Shown: positions 37,331 through 49,300 of the stretch, one piece after another | Layout: the number at the start of each line of letters is the position of its first letter | How positions within the stretch are numbered: the stretch's first letter is position 1 | DNA from: Takakia lepidozioides | Taxonomy: Eukaryota; Plantae; Bryophyta | Length of the DNA: 64,000 nucleotides | NCBI GenBank assembly: GCA_030704615.1 | Contig: CM060732.1 | Location: 13,020,001 to 13,084,000 of the forward strand | Direction: 5' to 3' | The notes under the pieces: model-generated | What the model was told of the DNA's origin: nothing | Databases searched by the model: none | The model's input: only the letters and a program-made list of their open reading frames with translations | Position numbers and translations under genes: made by a program

Positions 37331-38059
37331 TGGCAGAGACACACACATGGGCACGTGACACACTCACACATACACTACACCCATTGTAAAGCCCATGTCG
37401 GAAGCCCACCGTGGCAGCCCACCCTACACACACACACACACTACAATATCCACGTCAATGTCCCAAAGTGGCTGCTAGAACATGAACCACTTCACCTTCT
37501 CCTCACGAGATGTGCTTCATGCCAGCAAGAACCAAGACATAACACTACGCCAAATCATGTTTTTTCTGACTTATTTTTTTGGAGAGTCATGGTTTTCATG
37601 ACTCAAACCATGATTCAATGTCATCATCGTTCAAAAATGTCATGGGTATGACCGAAAATGACCAAAAAGGGTCGTGTATATGCCTCTATCCCGGTGAACG
37701 TCGTTTGACTGGAATAGAGTGGTGATCATGGGTCACGCACATGACTCTAAACAGTAATGCAGATGATTCTAAATTTTTAGATTGGTGTAGTCAACTCCCT
37801 TTGACCAAGATAAGGTCATTTGCATGACTCTTATGAAAATCCATTGATGGATGATTTCATTAAATTTGATTATTTTCATTCATCAATTGGATGATTTCAT
37901 TACATGCAAGGATTTGGATGATTTGATCCACCTATTTCATTCACACGGGGACTTCGATACTTTTCAAGAACGCCCTCACTATCACTCTTCTTCCCGCTCC
38001 GAGAGCCTACTAGGGTGGCGATCGAGGGGATGCTCTGGTTAGAGGCTTTGGAAGGATAC

Positions 38060-39050
38060 AGGAAGGAGTGTCATTCTGAACAGTACCTCCTGGATATGCC
38101 AAATGTGGAGCCTCGAGGGAGCAATAATATGGCTCAATAATATGGCGTTCAACAATATGGCTTTAACGAAATGTGGTGTGGTGGAGCATGAAGTAGAGCT
38201 GGCACGAGCTTTGCAAAGATCCTTGTCGATGGTGGACAGTCGCAATCGCAAGGTGTGGCTTTCTTAATGTACGTTGAAGTTTGTACGCCAAATGCCATCG
38301 AGAGGATGCAAAGGGAGCGTTCAACAATATGGCTTAACGAAATGTGGTGTCGTGGAGCATGAAGCAGAGCTGGCACGAGCTTTGCAAAGATCCTTGTCGA
38401 TGGTGGACAGTCGCAGTCGCAAGGTGTGGCTTTCTTAATGTACGTTGAGAAGAAGTTTATTCAGAACCCTCGTGGATATGTATGCCAAATGTGGAGCCAT
38501 CGAGGATGCAAAGGGAGCGTTCAACAATATGGCTTAACGAAATGTGGTGTCGTGGAGCATGAAGCAGAGCTGGCACGAGCTTGTAAAGATCCTTGTCGAT
38601 GGTGGGACAGTCGCAGTCGCAAGGTGTGGCTTTCTTAATGTACGTTGAGAAGAAGTTTATTCAGAACCCTCGTGGATATGTATGCCAAATGTGGAGCCAT
38701 CGAGGATGCAAAGGGAGCGTTCAACAATATGGCTTAACGAAATGTGGTGTCGTGGAGCATGAAGCAGAGCTGGCAAGCTTGTAAAGATCCTTGTCGATGG
38801 TGGGACAGTCGCAGTCGCAAGGTGTGGCTTTCTTAATGTACGTTGAGAAGAAGTTTGTCATAATTCTAAACAGTACCCTCGTGGATATGTATGCCAAATG
38901 TGAAGCCATCGAGCATGCAAAGGGAGCGGCTTAACGAAATGTGGTGTCGTGGAGCATGACGCAGAGCTGGCATGAGTTTTCTGAAGAACCTTCTCAAAGG
39001 TGGGACATGCGCAGTCGCAAGGTGTGGCTTTCATAATGTAGAAGTTTGTC
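38060..39050 (+). pseudogene. Tandem array (200-bp period) of degenerate PLS-type PPR motif fragments
   Basis: Units read LVDMYAKCGAIEDAKGAFNNMA*RNVVSW; TCAACAATAT recurs at 38321, 38521 and 38721. Confidence 0.85.
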
Positions 39051-39935
39051 AATGTGCGTTCTTCCCGCTAGTATCATGATTTGGTATTTCTCCTGGTCTT
39101 TACAAGGTACTGGGAAGGTCAGCTTGGTCTTAGGAAGCTGAGTTCAAACCTATGGTTGCTCAGCTGCACCATGGTGGTTCTCCTCACAGCCCAATCCGAG
39201 ATCACCTGACTACAAACATAAGTAGCACATGCAAGAGGTCCTTTTGGGTTTAGGGCTGGTCAAGAATCCTCCATTGTTGCAAAAACATATATGCTTTCAT
39301 GGGACAAGGTCAAGGACAGTGTGGTGAGGGCACCTTCTTCTTCAACACATTTCAGCCGATTTTTCCATCTTATCACAGTCGCCCCTAGATTTTTCATATT
39401 GACAAGTAAGCTCGTTGGGTGGAGCTGTGATGGTGTGGAGTAATTTTGACATGTTACTGCCAATGTAGCAATAGAGAAATAGCCAACAAGACGAGGAGAA
39501 GTTCAAGGGTATCATCTTACCCTTGACAAATGGGTCAAGGACATGTATTCATCAATCACCATCACATATTGGTATTGAATTGTTATTACCCAGTCCTGAG
39601 TCTTGTACCTGCCATGCTCCTCTCCAGTCTGCTTATTCAAGCCATCTCTTTTGATGCAGGTAGCATTCTTTGAGGTAGCAGTGAAGGAAAAGCATGAACT
39701 GGCTAACAACGACATCCAGTTCTTCTACAAGTGTGTGTTCAGAGTACTTACATCAAGGGTGGCTCTCTGATGAGAATGCCCCAGGCATTGTATCGGAGAA
39801 CGGATATCGTCTTCAGGCCGTTGGCATGTCGGACATTTACTATCTCCTTTACCTCTCTACATCTGGTTTTGTGCAAAGATAGACTCCCCAACTTGATCAT
39901 GAGTTTAAATTTCAGGTCTGGTGTCAAGGGTAGGT

Positions 39936-40014
39936 AGGCCCTTCAGATCATCCTCAAGGTCCTCTATGTGCGGTATCTAGTACAGGTGGACCTTGAGGAT
40001 GATCTGAAGGGCCT
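39936..40014. repeat. Perfect 27-bp inverted repeat with 25-nt loop
   Basis: AGGCCCTTCAGATCATCCTCAAGGTCC (39936-39962) / GGACCTTGAGGATGATCTGAAGGGCCT (39988-40014). Confidence 0.95.
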
Positions 40015-40049
40015 GATTATAGGGATATGAAGGGCCTGATCCACCTGAT

Positions 40050-41340
40050 TATCAGGTACGGGGAGAGGTGTACTTCAACCTGACCACATCATGTTGGTTT
40101 GTGGGGCAAAGCATGTGCGAGCATGGCAGCAGGCTGGAAAAGGGCAAAGACTTCCATGGTGACATCTTCAAAGCTGGAATTGTACCAGGTATCATTCTGA
40201 GTACTGCCTTGGTGGACATGTATGCCAAATGCGAGCATGCTAGCTCTGAAAAAGGGCGCAAAGTTCCATGGCACGACATCGTCAAAGCTGGAATTGTACT
40301 AGATGTCATTCTGAGCACTGCCATGCAGCACGTGTATGCCAAATGCGAGCCTGGCAGCCCTAGAACTGGGCAAAGAGGTCCATGGTGACATCGTCAAAGC
40401 TGGAATTGTACCAGATGTGATTCTGAGCACTGCCCTCGTGGACATGTATGCCAAATGTGAGCCTAACAGCCCTGGAAAAGAGAGCAGAGGCCATGGTGAC
40501 ATCGTCAAATTAGCTGGAACGTACCATATGTGATTCAGAACACAACCCTGGTGTAATGTATGCCAAATGCGAGCAGGTGGCAGCCCTGGAAAAGGGCGAA
40601 GAGGTCCATGGTGATTGTCAAAGCTGGAACTGTACACCAAATCTGATTTTGAACACTGCCTTGGTAACATGTATGCCAAATGTGAGTCTGACAGCTGTGG
40701 AATGGACGCACAGGTCTACTGTCAAAGCTGAAATGTACCAGATGTCATTCTGAACTCTGCTCTGGTGGACATCTATGCCAAATGTGAGCCTGGCAGCCCT
40801 GGAAAATGGAGCAGAGGTCCATAGTGTCAATGTCAAAGCTGGAATTGTACCAGATGTCATTTGAACTGTGCCTTGGTGGACATGTATGCCCAATTCGAGC
40901 CTGGCAGCTCTGGGAAAGGGCACAGAGGTCCATCATGGTGACATCGTCAAAGCTGCAATTGTACCAGATGTCGTTCTGAACACTCTCCTGGTGGACATTT
41001 ATGCCAAATGTAGGTGCAGCAAGGATGCAAAGGGAGTGTTCGACAACATGGCTAGCTGAACAAGATGTGGTGTCTTTGGAGTACCATGATTGCAGGGTAA
41101 GCGCAACAATATGGGTGTGGGATTGATGCTTTGGAGACGTATGAGCAAATAATGCGAGAGAGGGCTGAAGCCCAACCACATCACATTTCTTTGTGTTTAT
41201 AATGCGTGTGGGAGGCTGCATGCAGCTCTGGAAAAGGGCAAAGAGGTCCATGGTGACATCATCAAAGCTGGAACATTTCCAGATGTCATTCTGAATAATA
41301 CCCTCATGGACACATATGTCAAATGTGGAGCAAGATTCGG
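40050..41340 (+). pseudogene. PLS-class PPR pseudogene with ~110-bp tandem units
   Basis: Repeated ALEKGKEVHGDIVKAGIVPDVILSTALVDMYAKC with many frameshifts. Confidence 0.88.
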
Positions 41341-43828
41341 ATCCATACATGATTGTTCCGGAGGCAGGGGTAGTTGAAGGAGCAGGAATGAGGGTGGGTA
41401 GAAATTCATGCAAGAGGGCTGGGTTTCAAGCACAATATTACCTATGATTCACTGTGGATCAATAGCTACAAGAAACTTGCATAGGTAGATGGTCATCTGG
41501 AAACAGCAGCAGCGGCACAATGCACAAGATGACCATAGCTTCCAAAAGAGGACCAAGAGATGGATCCAGAAAATGTTCTTTATAACGATTGGCGGAATTC
41601 AAATACTTATGTCTGTTTCCTGCATAAGTGTGCATCAGGTCCTGGTATCTACGTCTGAATCCTTCATATCAGTAGATGATGTGCTGTGATGTGACCACCA
41701 TATGAAGCTTTACAAGGTATGATTTCTCCTTCTGTCATACACTCAACTAGGTGAATGGGAGGCCTCGCTCCATGCAGCTGAGTTAGGGGGGCATGGCAAT
41801 AACATGAAACACTTTGTGGTTTCCTTTCTTGACAAGGCTGATAATTGGTATATGGCATGTAGGTCAACACTGGAAGGTGAATGCCTGTTAGATTACAGAG
41901 AGTAGCAGACACAATTCAGCATAGGAACTATGGAGAAGTTGAGTTGGATGTTTCCTAGAACAAATCTAGGCTGTCATCATCAGCTGCAAGGCAAGGATGT
42001 ATGTATGGTTTGTGCAGAGGCAGTGATAGCTGAAGGAGCAGGGATAGAGTGTGGGTCTAGATTCATGCAAGAGGTCCAGATTTCAAGCACAAGATTACCT
42101 ATGTTTCCCTGTGGATCAATAGCTACAAGAAACCTGCATGGGTAGATGGTCAGCTAAAGGCAGCTGTTGCAGTGGCACAGTTGATAAAATCAGGCACCTC
42201 AACCATGACCACAGCTTCTGAAAGGGAGGGAGTCCACAATGCCTCTTCTAGCAGCGGCAGCAGCACAATTGATAGAACAAGGCACTACTAATGAAGGTGC
42301 ATTCTTCAACACATTTCAGCCTGTTTTTCTTCTGTTATCAGAGTCGTCCCTAAATTTTCATGTTGAATTCTGCAAGTTAGCTCGTTGGTGGATCTATGGT
42401 GGTTTTGGAGTGATTTTGACATGTTACTGCCAATGTGGCAACAGGAAAGTATCGAAAAGATAACAGAGACGAGGAGACGCTCTGGAAGGAATACATTTCC
42501 GACCCCAGTCAATGGTGGAACAATCTCCGCAAAAAGGTGAATGCCTGTTGGAAGCAGACGCAAGTCAGCATAGGAACTAGTATGATAAGTAGGGTTGGGT
42601 GTTTGCTGGAATAATTCTAGGATGTCATTGTCAGCTGCTAGTAGCAAGGCAAGGATGTAACATGATTTTCTGCAGAGGCATGGATATGTGAAGGAGCAGG
42701 GATAGAGTGTGGGTCCAGAATCATCCAAGAGGGCCGATTTTATTTGCAAGGGTTTCTTCTTTTAACTTACCAAATACAGTAGTGTTTTCCATAGATATCC
42801 ATCAACAGTACAAATAGGTGTTACATTTGAGTGGTTAGCTAAATAGATCTCATGTAGTATTTACAGTTGTGCACTCCTATTGGAATCTGCACTTGTTGTT
42901 GATATGCTTATACATGTGTGCATTCATGTGCAGGACATGTGATCTTGATCTCTTGTAAGGAAGGACGCAGAAGGTCTTGGGGCAGAAGGAGGCATGCTAT
43001 GGACAATCAGGGAGGAGGAAGGTGCTCGGTCTGTCACATTTTTGGATCCATATATGTGCAGTGGGTAGTTGGGTAGTTGGGCTACTTTTGAGATTATATT
43101 CTTGAAAACACTCCACTTTTTTGTTGATCTGGAGGCACTGCACAGATTTGAAACAGGGAACCATTGTCTTCCTATCATATTTCCATCAATTGTCGAATCT
43201 TTTTTTACCCAATTGGCCCGCCACACCGTGTATTTGTGCAAAATAATATATTCTCCATATTATAAATTACATATAAATGGTATTATATTTGAATACATAT
43301 AAACATAATAAGTTCAGTAAACCTACAACACAAATTAAACCACTGTCCCCTGTAAAGCTAGATTCTCGCCCACCCTGATATTCTGTCTTCCTCTCAGGGT
43401 ATGATATATGCTCGGCAAAGTAGGCTAGCGAGATAGGCAGGATCTAACGCAGAGGAGTCAGAATCACTCACACAGCTTAACAGCTCATCCCCACTCACAT
43501 CCCTTTCATCCAAAACTCCCACACAAGCACAGTAGGGTTTCACACCAAACGTACACCGCCGCCTTAAGAGTCATGTTGATCCCTTTTATAAACGAAGGCC
43601 CACAATCTTATCTAACCAAGTGGCAAGCCCTGATTGGTCACTTGGATGCCATCCGGGTGTCTGTCCAGATAGGACGCCACCTCATTCTAATTTAGAGATA
43701 AACTAGCTGTTAACATAAGACAATACTTAGTTTAAAAATAGATTGTTTCCAGCTGTTTCATCTAAGCCCTTTTTCAACGGTCATCATCCAACGTCTGTTC
43801 ATCCAATGCGGGGGGGGGGGGGGGGGGG

Positions 43829-46078
43829 TAGACAGGCTTACACAGCCAGTCACAGCCCGTCACAGTCCGACACAGCCAGTCACGGCCCGACACAGCCTCA
43901 CACAGCCAGTCACAGCCCGTCACAGTCTATCACAGCTCGACACAGCTTCGCACAGTCAGACACAGCCCGACACAGCCCGATACAGCCAGTCACAGCCCGA
44001 CACAGTTTGGCATAGCCAGTCACAGCGTACATAGGGAACGGTTATCATTGGCAGGGAACGACTGTGTGGGAACGACATCTGCAAGGGAAACGTGTTACTT
44101 CTTGGGGTGACAGTTAGTTAGTTAGGTGGTTAGAACAGCTTGCATGTAGATGAGGCAGAGCATCAACGAAGAGGAGATCACTTCTTGGAGAGCGACTTGG
44201 TCAGGGGAAGAGGAGATGAAGCGAAGAGCAGAAATGGCGAAGATGGGAAGATGACTTGATCGATGCTTAATTCATGCAAGCTGTAAAATCATACAGTAGG
44301 GCAGATTAGGGACACCATGGCATTGACCTGATACCTGATAAATCTTAATCTGATACTTATTCGGTACAATCACACTGTGTAGAGAGACATGAGTGAAGCT
44401 GTGGAATGAATGGATGAGTGAATGGAACCTAGTAGTTACTGAAGTATACACAGTAAGGTAAATTGCTAACATGAAGGCAAGAAGAAATACAAATAGGAAG
44501 CACAACCATGATTCACTAGCTGTAGGTCATGACTGATTGTTCTGAGCGGGCTGAGTGCTTAGAGATATCCAACTTTTCTATCTTGGAGTTTCCACCTCGG
44601 ATAGCGAATGGATGGGTGAGTAAAAGCCGCTCGACATTTGACGACCATACTGGGGAACTGGGTCAAGAACAACCAGATGTGACAGGCATCTGGTGGGATC
44701 ATGGTGGTTGGAGAATTAAAGAATTTGATGTGAATCAAATTCCCTATGGAACTCAGAAAGAAAGGTTGTCCAAGCAATTCACAGAGATTCTTGGAATTGC
44801 CAGACGGTTGCAAAGAAAACATTCTTCAGAGAGTATGACTGGAGAAAAGGACTTGATGAGGAGCAGGAAGCTACCCTGTTCGTTGCACACCTAGAGTACG
44901 AGCAGGTTGTAGAAATGCAACTGGAAGGCCTAAGTTGTTTAAAAGGTATCTGCTGTGGTGTAGTAACAGCAACACCAATTGAGGGTGAAACAAGCAGTTA
45001 CCCACCACATTTCTATGAAGAAAGAGAGGGAGAAATGGAAATCCTAGAAGAACCAGCCACTGTGAGTTTACAGGATGAAGTAGTGACTGGTTGGACAATC
45101 ACAGCTGATGAGCAGGTGAGAGAAGTGAATGTGGGAACTGAGGAGGAACCGAAGATGGTGAAAATAGGGGCTGACTTAGAGCCAGAATTCTTTGAGGAAG
45201 CTAAGAGTCTGTTCATCAAATACATAGATGTATTTGCTTGGAGCTATGAGGATCTAAAAGGGATATCACCTGAGATATGTCAGCATAAGATTGAACTGGA
45301 ACCAGGGTCAGTACCAATCAAACAGGCAAGGTACAGAATGAATCCCAACTATGCACAGAAGGTTGGGGAAGAGATCAAAGAAGTTGGTTGAGGCTAAGTT
45401 CATATACCCGATAGAGTATACAACTTGGTTGTCACCCATTGTGATAGTTCCCAAGAAGAATGGTAAACTGAGAGTTTGTGTTAACTATAAGAAGTTGAAT
45501 GCTTGTACAAAGAAAGATCCCTTCCATTTGCCATTCACAGAAGCGGTACTGGACACTATGGCAGACCATGAGATATACTCATTCATGGATGGCTTCAGTG
45601 GGTATAACCAAGTGCAAGTGGCAGAAGAAGACCAGGGAAATACAGCTTTCATCACAGACTGGGGTGCTTATGCATACAAAGTTATGCCTTTTGGACTTTG
45701 TAATGCACCAGCAACTTTTCAGAGAGTGATAAGTGAATCTTTCCATGAGTATCTGGATGATTTCATGCAGGTGTTCTTAGATGACTTCAATGTGTACAGG
45801 TCTAAGAATGAGCACTTGCATAAATTGGAGTTATGTTTGGCCAAATGTAGGATGAGAGGTCTGGGCCTGAATCCAGAAAAGTGTACTTTCTGTGTGAACT
45901 CAGGGGTACTTTTGGCACATTGTGTGTAAGAGGGGACTGCTTGTGGATCCCAGAAAGACAGAGGCTATTAAATCCTCTCCACCACCAGGAAATGTTAAGA
46001 GTCTAAGGAGATTCCTTGGACAAACCAGTTATTACAGAAGATTTGTCAGACGGTATGCACAGATAGCAGCACCATTGA
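43829..46078 (+). mobile_element. Ty3/Gypsy (Tat/Athila-like) element: partial 5' LTR, PBS, deleted gag, RT; cut at 46078
   Basis: LTR end ...GCCGCTCGACA (44636) followed by PBS-like TTTGACGACCATACTGGGGA; RT 45100-46078 (YIDVFAWSYEDLKGI...WLSPIVIVPKKNGKLRVCV...MPFGLCNAPATFQR...VFLDD...FLG...YYRRF...YAQIAAPL). Confidence 0.9.
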
Positions 46079-46300
46079 GGGGGGCTGCTATTTCATGAGC
46101 GGCATGAGCATGAGCGGAAAAAAAAAAAGCATGAGCAGACCATTGTGAGTCCACGGAAATAGGGTTATGAGGCACGGAAATAGGGTCATATGAAGTTGGA
46201 ATGTGGCACCAGTGGACTTGAAATGCAACATTTTATTGCAAATTTTGTGGCAAGCCACGTCTATACAAGTGTGTTCTAACTGTCATAGCCGGAATGGGCA

Positions 46301-49300
46301 CTACTCTCCTACACCCTCCGAGGAACTTGCCCCACCTTCTTCCTCATCCCCCTCATCCCCCTCATCCTCCGAGCTCTGTGATGCATCAGTTCCACTATGC
46401 CTCTCAAAAATCCCGTCCTCTCCTTGGGGGACTGTCCACCTCACCTCCTGGGAATCTTTTGCGTCTTCTCCCCCACTTTCCTCAGCAGAATCCAAGACAA
46501 ATCTACGAGCCCGACGGGCTCTAATAGGTGCTGCCTCCTCCCTCATCTTCATTTTCTTGAGGCTTGCCTCGTCTAAAATCTGCTGTACACGACTACGTTC
46601 GGAACACCTCCTAATGGACACCGAAGCAAGCCGGGCAGCATAAGTAGGAAGGATGTACTCCCTTTCTGGACTAGGCATGAAATCCCCCTGGCAAAAAAAG
46701 GCACGTTCCTCCTGCCCATGAACTCCGGTGTAGACGTCCCTCCGGCAGTACTTGGCATCCTACAGTAAGAACAAATCCACTTCAAGAATGTCAATACCAG
46801 CACAACCAGAAAGGGTTTTCAATGAAATAAGAGAGCGGAGGGAGGTGCCTCACAAAATCTGGAGGCAACTTACAATGCCACCACTCACTCGTAAACCGGG
46901 GGCTCCTCGGCCTCGATCCCAACTTCCTCCCCCTGCTCCTTCTCGGATTTTTCCTCATCCTCCGAGGATGCCTCTTCCTCTTTCGGCAGACGTTCAGCCG
47001 CTGCAAGTTCCGAGTTGTGGAGGGCAGTATCTAGCTCAAAGGCGAACACATGCCTGTTGGACAATGTCCCTGCCCACATTGAAGCACCTGAGGAACAAAA
47101 CGGGCGGTTAATAGCTTGCGGCATGCAATTGCAATCGGGCCAGGGGACAAACTGAGCACGTGAAGGCTTACTCGTGCCGCATGTGAGGTCCAGAATCCGC
47201 CCTTGGACATCCGAGCACGTCTCCATGAGGGTTTGGATGAAAGCAGGGCTCCGGGTCCGGCTGTACCGCCACGGTTTGCCTGTCTTTGTGTCCTTCGGCA
47301 TACTGGAGTGGGGCACATAGTTGTAGAGGACATCGTAGGTTACAGGGTCCATAGCGACATCAACAAGACGACCGTTGTTGCGGAATTTGAACGTAGACCC
47401 TCTCTTCACAAAGCAATATGCCTCAAACACCAATGTCTGCACATCCAACAAAGAAGGGATCAACTCCAGGGTCTACTTAACATACACCACAATATGAAGT
47501 GAATGCAATAGATTGATAACTTACACTTTGGCCCTCTGTTCGCAACCCCTGTGTACTGATGCAGAACCATTTTCTGAGGAGGACCGGGGTGACACTTTTT
47601 GGTGTCCACCTTGCCACCGCATTCTCTGTGGTCTTCCCTCTCGTGGCAAGGACAACCACACATCCACCGTCATCCAGAAGCATCCCCGCCAGCCCAAACC
47701 CGGCTTTCCAGTAGTCCTCAGTAAACCTGTTCCAGGTGGGCACACCATCCAGGCCCTCCAGCAGCTCCCCATCTGGAATGTCGAGGAGAATCATGTCGCA
47801 AGCTCTCTCCACCTCAACCCCCCCCCCCCGAGTGCTCTTGCAATTCGTGCTCACAGCCGTGAAGAATTCCATCATGGCTTCAAAACGAGGGGTGTCTTTA
47901 GGCTCTGTACCGCCAGCCCTCTTCTTGGCTTTCCCCTTCTGCTCCGCCAGAGACTTGCTGTGTGCCACCTTCTTCGCCCTGGCAGCGAGAGCGTCAAGGA
48001 AGCTCTCATTGACGCATTGGATGATGGTTGGAGGTTCTAGCTTTGGCCTGTGCGTAAACGTCACCGCCGAATACCGCCGTGTAGGCTCGCCCTCAAATGC
48101 CAACTTCTTGGCAGAGCCAGTCCCACTCCGAACTGACTTGGGAACCCAGACGACCGGTGACTGGGTAGGAGCAACAGCAGTCGCAGGACCTTGAACAAAG
48201 TTGTCGTTCGAGTCACTCTCTTGGGTCCCCTCCTGCGCCTCCTCCGATGCCCCGATGGTTTTCTTCTTTTTGGGTGTTACTGCACTCACCTGTTTCCTTG
48301 TCATTTTCCTTTGGCCTTTACTCTTCTCATGCAATTTCTCCTGAATTCCTGCCTGAGCAAGCTCTGCCGCTTTCCTGGAGTTCGCAAGCGCTTTTGCCTC
48401 TTTTGCACCCAACGGAGGCAGCGGAGCCCGGTTTCGTCGGAATTCAGCATCCAGCTTCAATTGAAACTCGGATGGGTCGAGTGAGCCGGGCGGAAGGTCC
48501 ACATACCAAGGGCAATCACGCAAATGTTCCAGATGCCACTCCTTCACAATATCGTCAGTGTACATGGAGTCAGCCCCAGGGTTCCTCCATGCCAGGAAGA
48601 ATGGTGGCTCGAAAGACAGATGACCTTTCTCCAAAAGGGAGAACTTGCAGTACCTGCATTCATGAAAAACACAATGAGGTCCCTGAAATGCATATTCGGC
48701 ACCATTTTCCCAGGTTGGGGCGGATGTGAGTGGGCCTAGAAATGGAAAAATGGCGCCGAATTTTGGTTTTCGGTGACTGCCACCCTAGGGACTTAGCTAT
48801 CTTGGGAGCCCTGAACTGGAAATTCGGCGCCATTTTTCCCGGTTTGGCCCGAAAATGGCCAAGTCCCATAACCGCAAAAGGGCCTAGAACTGAAAAATGG
48901 CGCCGAATTTCCAGTTCAGGGCCAGCCACCCTAGGGACTTAGCCCGAAAATGGCCAAGTCCCTGAACGGCAATAGGGCCTAGAACTGGAAAATGGCGCCG
49001 AATTTCCAGTTCGGGGCCAGCCAGTCTAGGGACTTAGCCCGAAAATGGCCAAGTCCCTGAACGGCAATAGGGCCTAGAACTGGAAAATGGCGCCGAATTT
49101 CCAGTTTGGGGCCAGCCAGTCTAGGGACTTAGCCATTTTCGGAGCCCTGACTGGAAATTCGGCGCCATTTTCCCTAACACCACATGAGGCCTCTAACATC
49201 CTGAAATGCAAGGACTTGAAAGAAAGGCAGCGCGTATGTACCTGTACAGAAGGCGCATTGCTGCTTTGTCCGCGTTCGGCTGGTCGGTGAACTCGTGGCT

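Noticed and set aside
39090-39880. Minus-strand AG...GT-bounded exon-like segments as upstream Mfd exons
   Set aside because: Translations do not resemble Mfd or any protein I recognise; left unannotated.
47513-48194. Plus-strand ORFs overlapping the MTase exon, and many antisense ORFs over the transposases
   Set aside because: Shadow frames of GC-rich coding sequence on the opposite strand, with no motifs.
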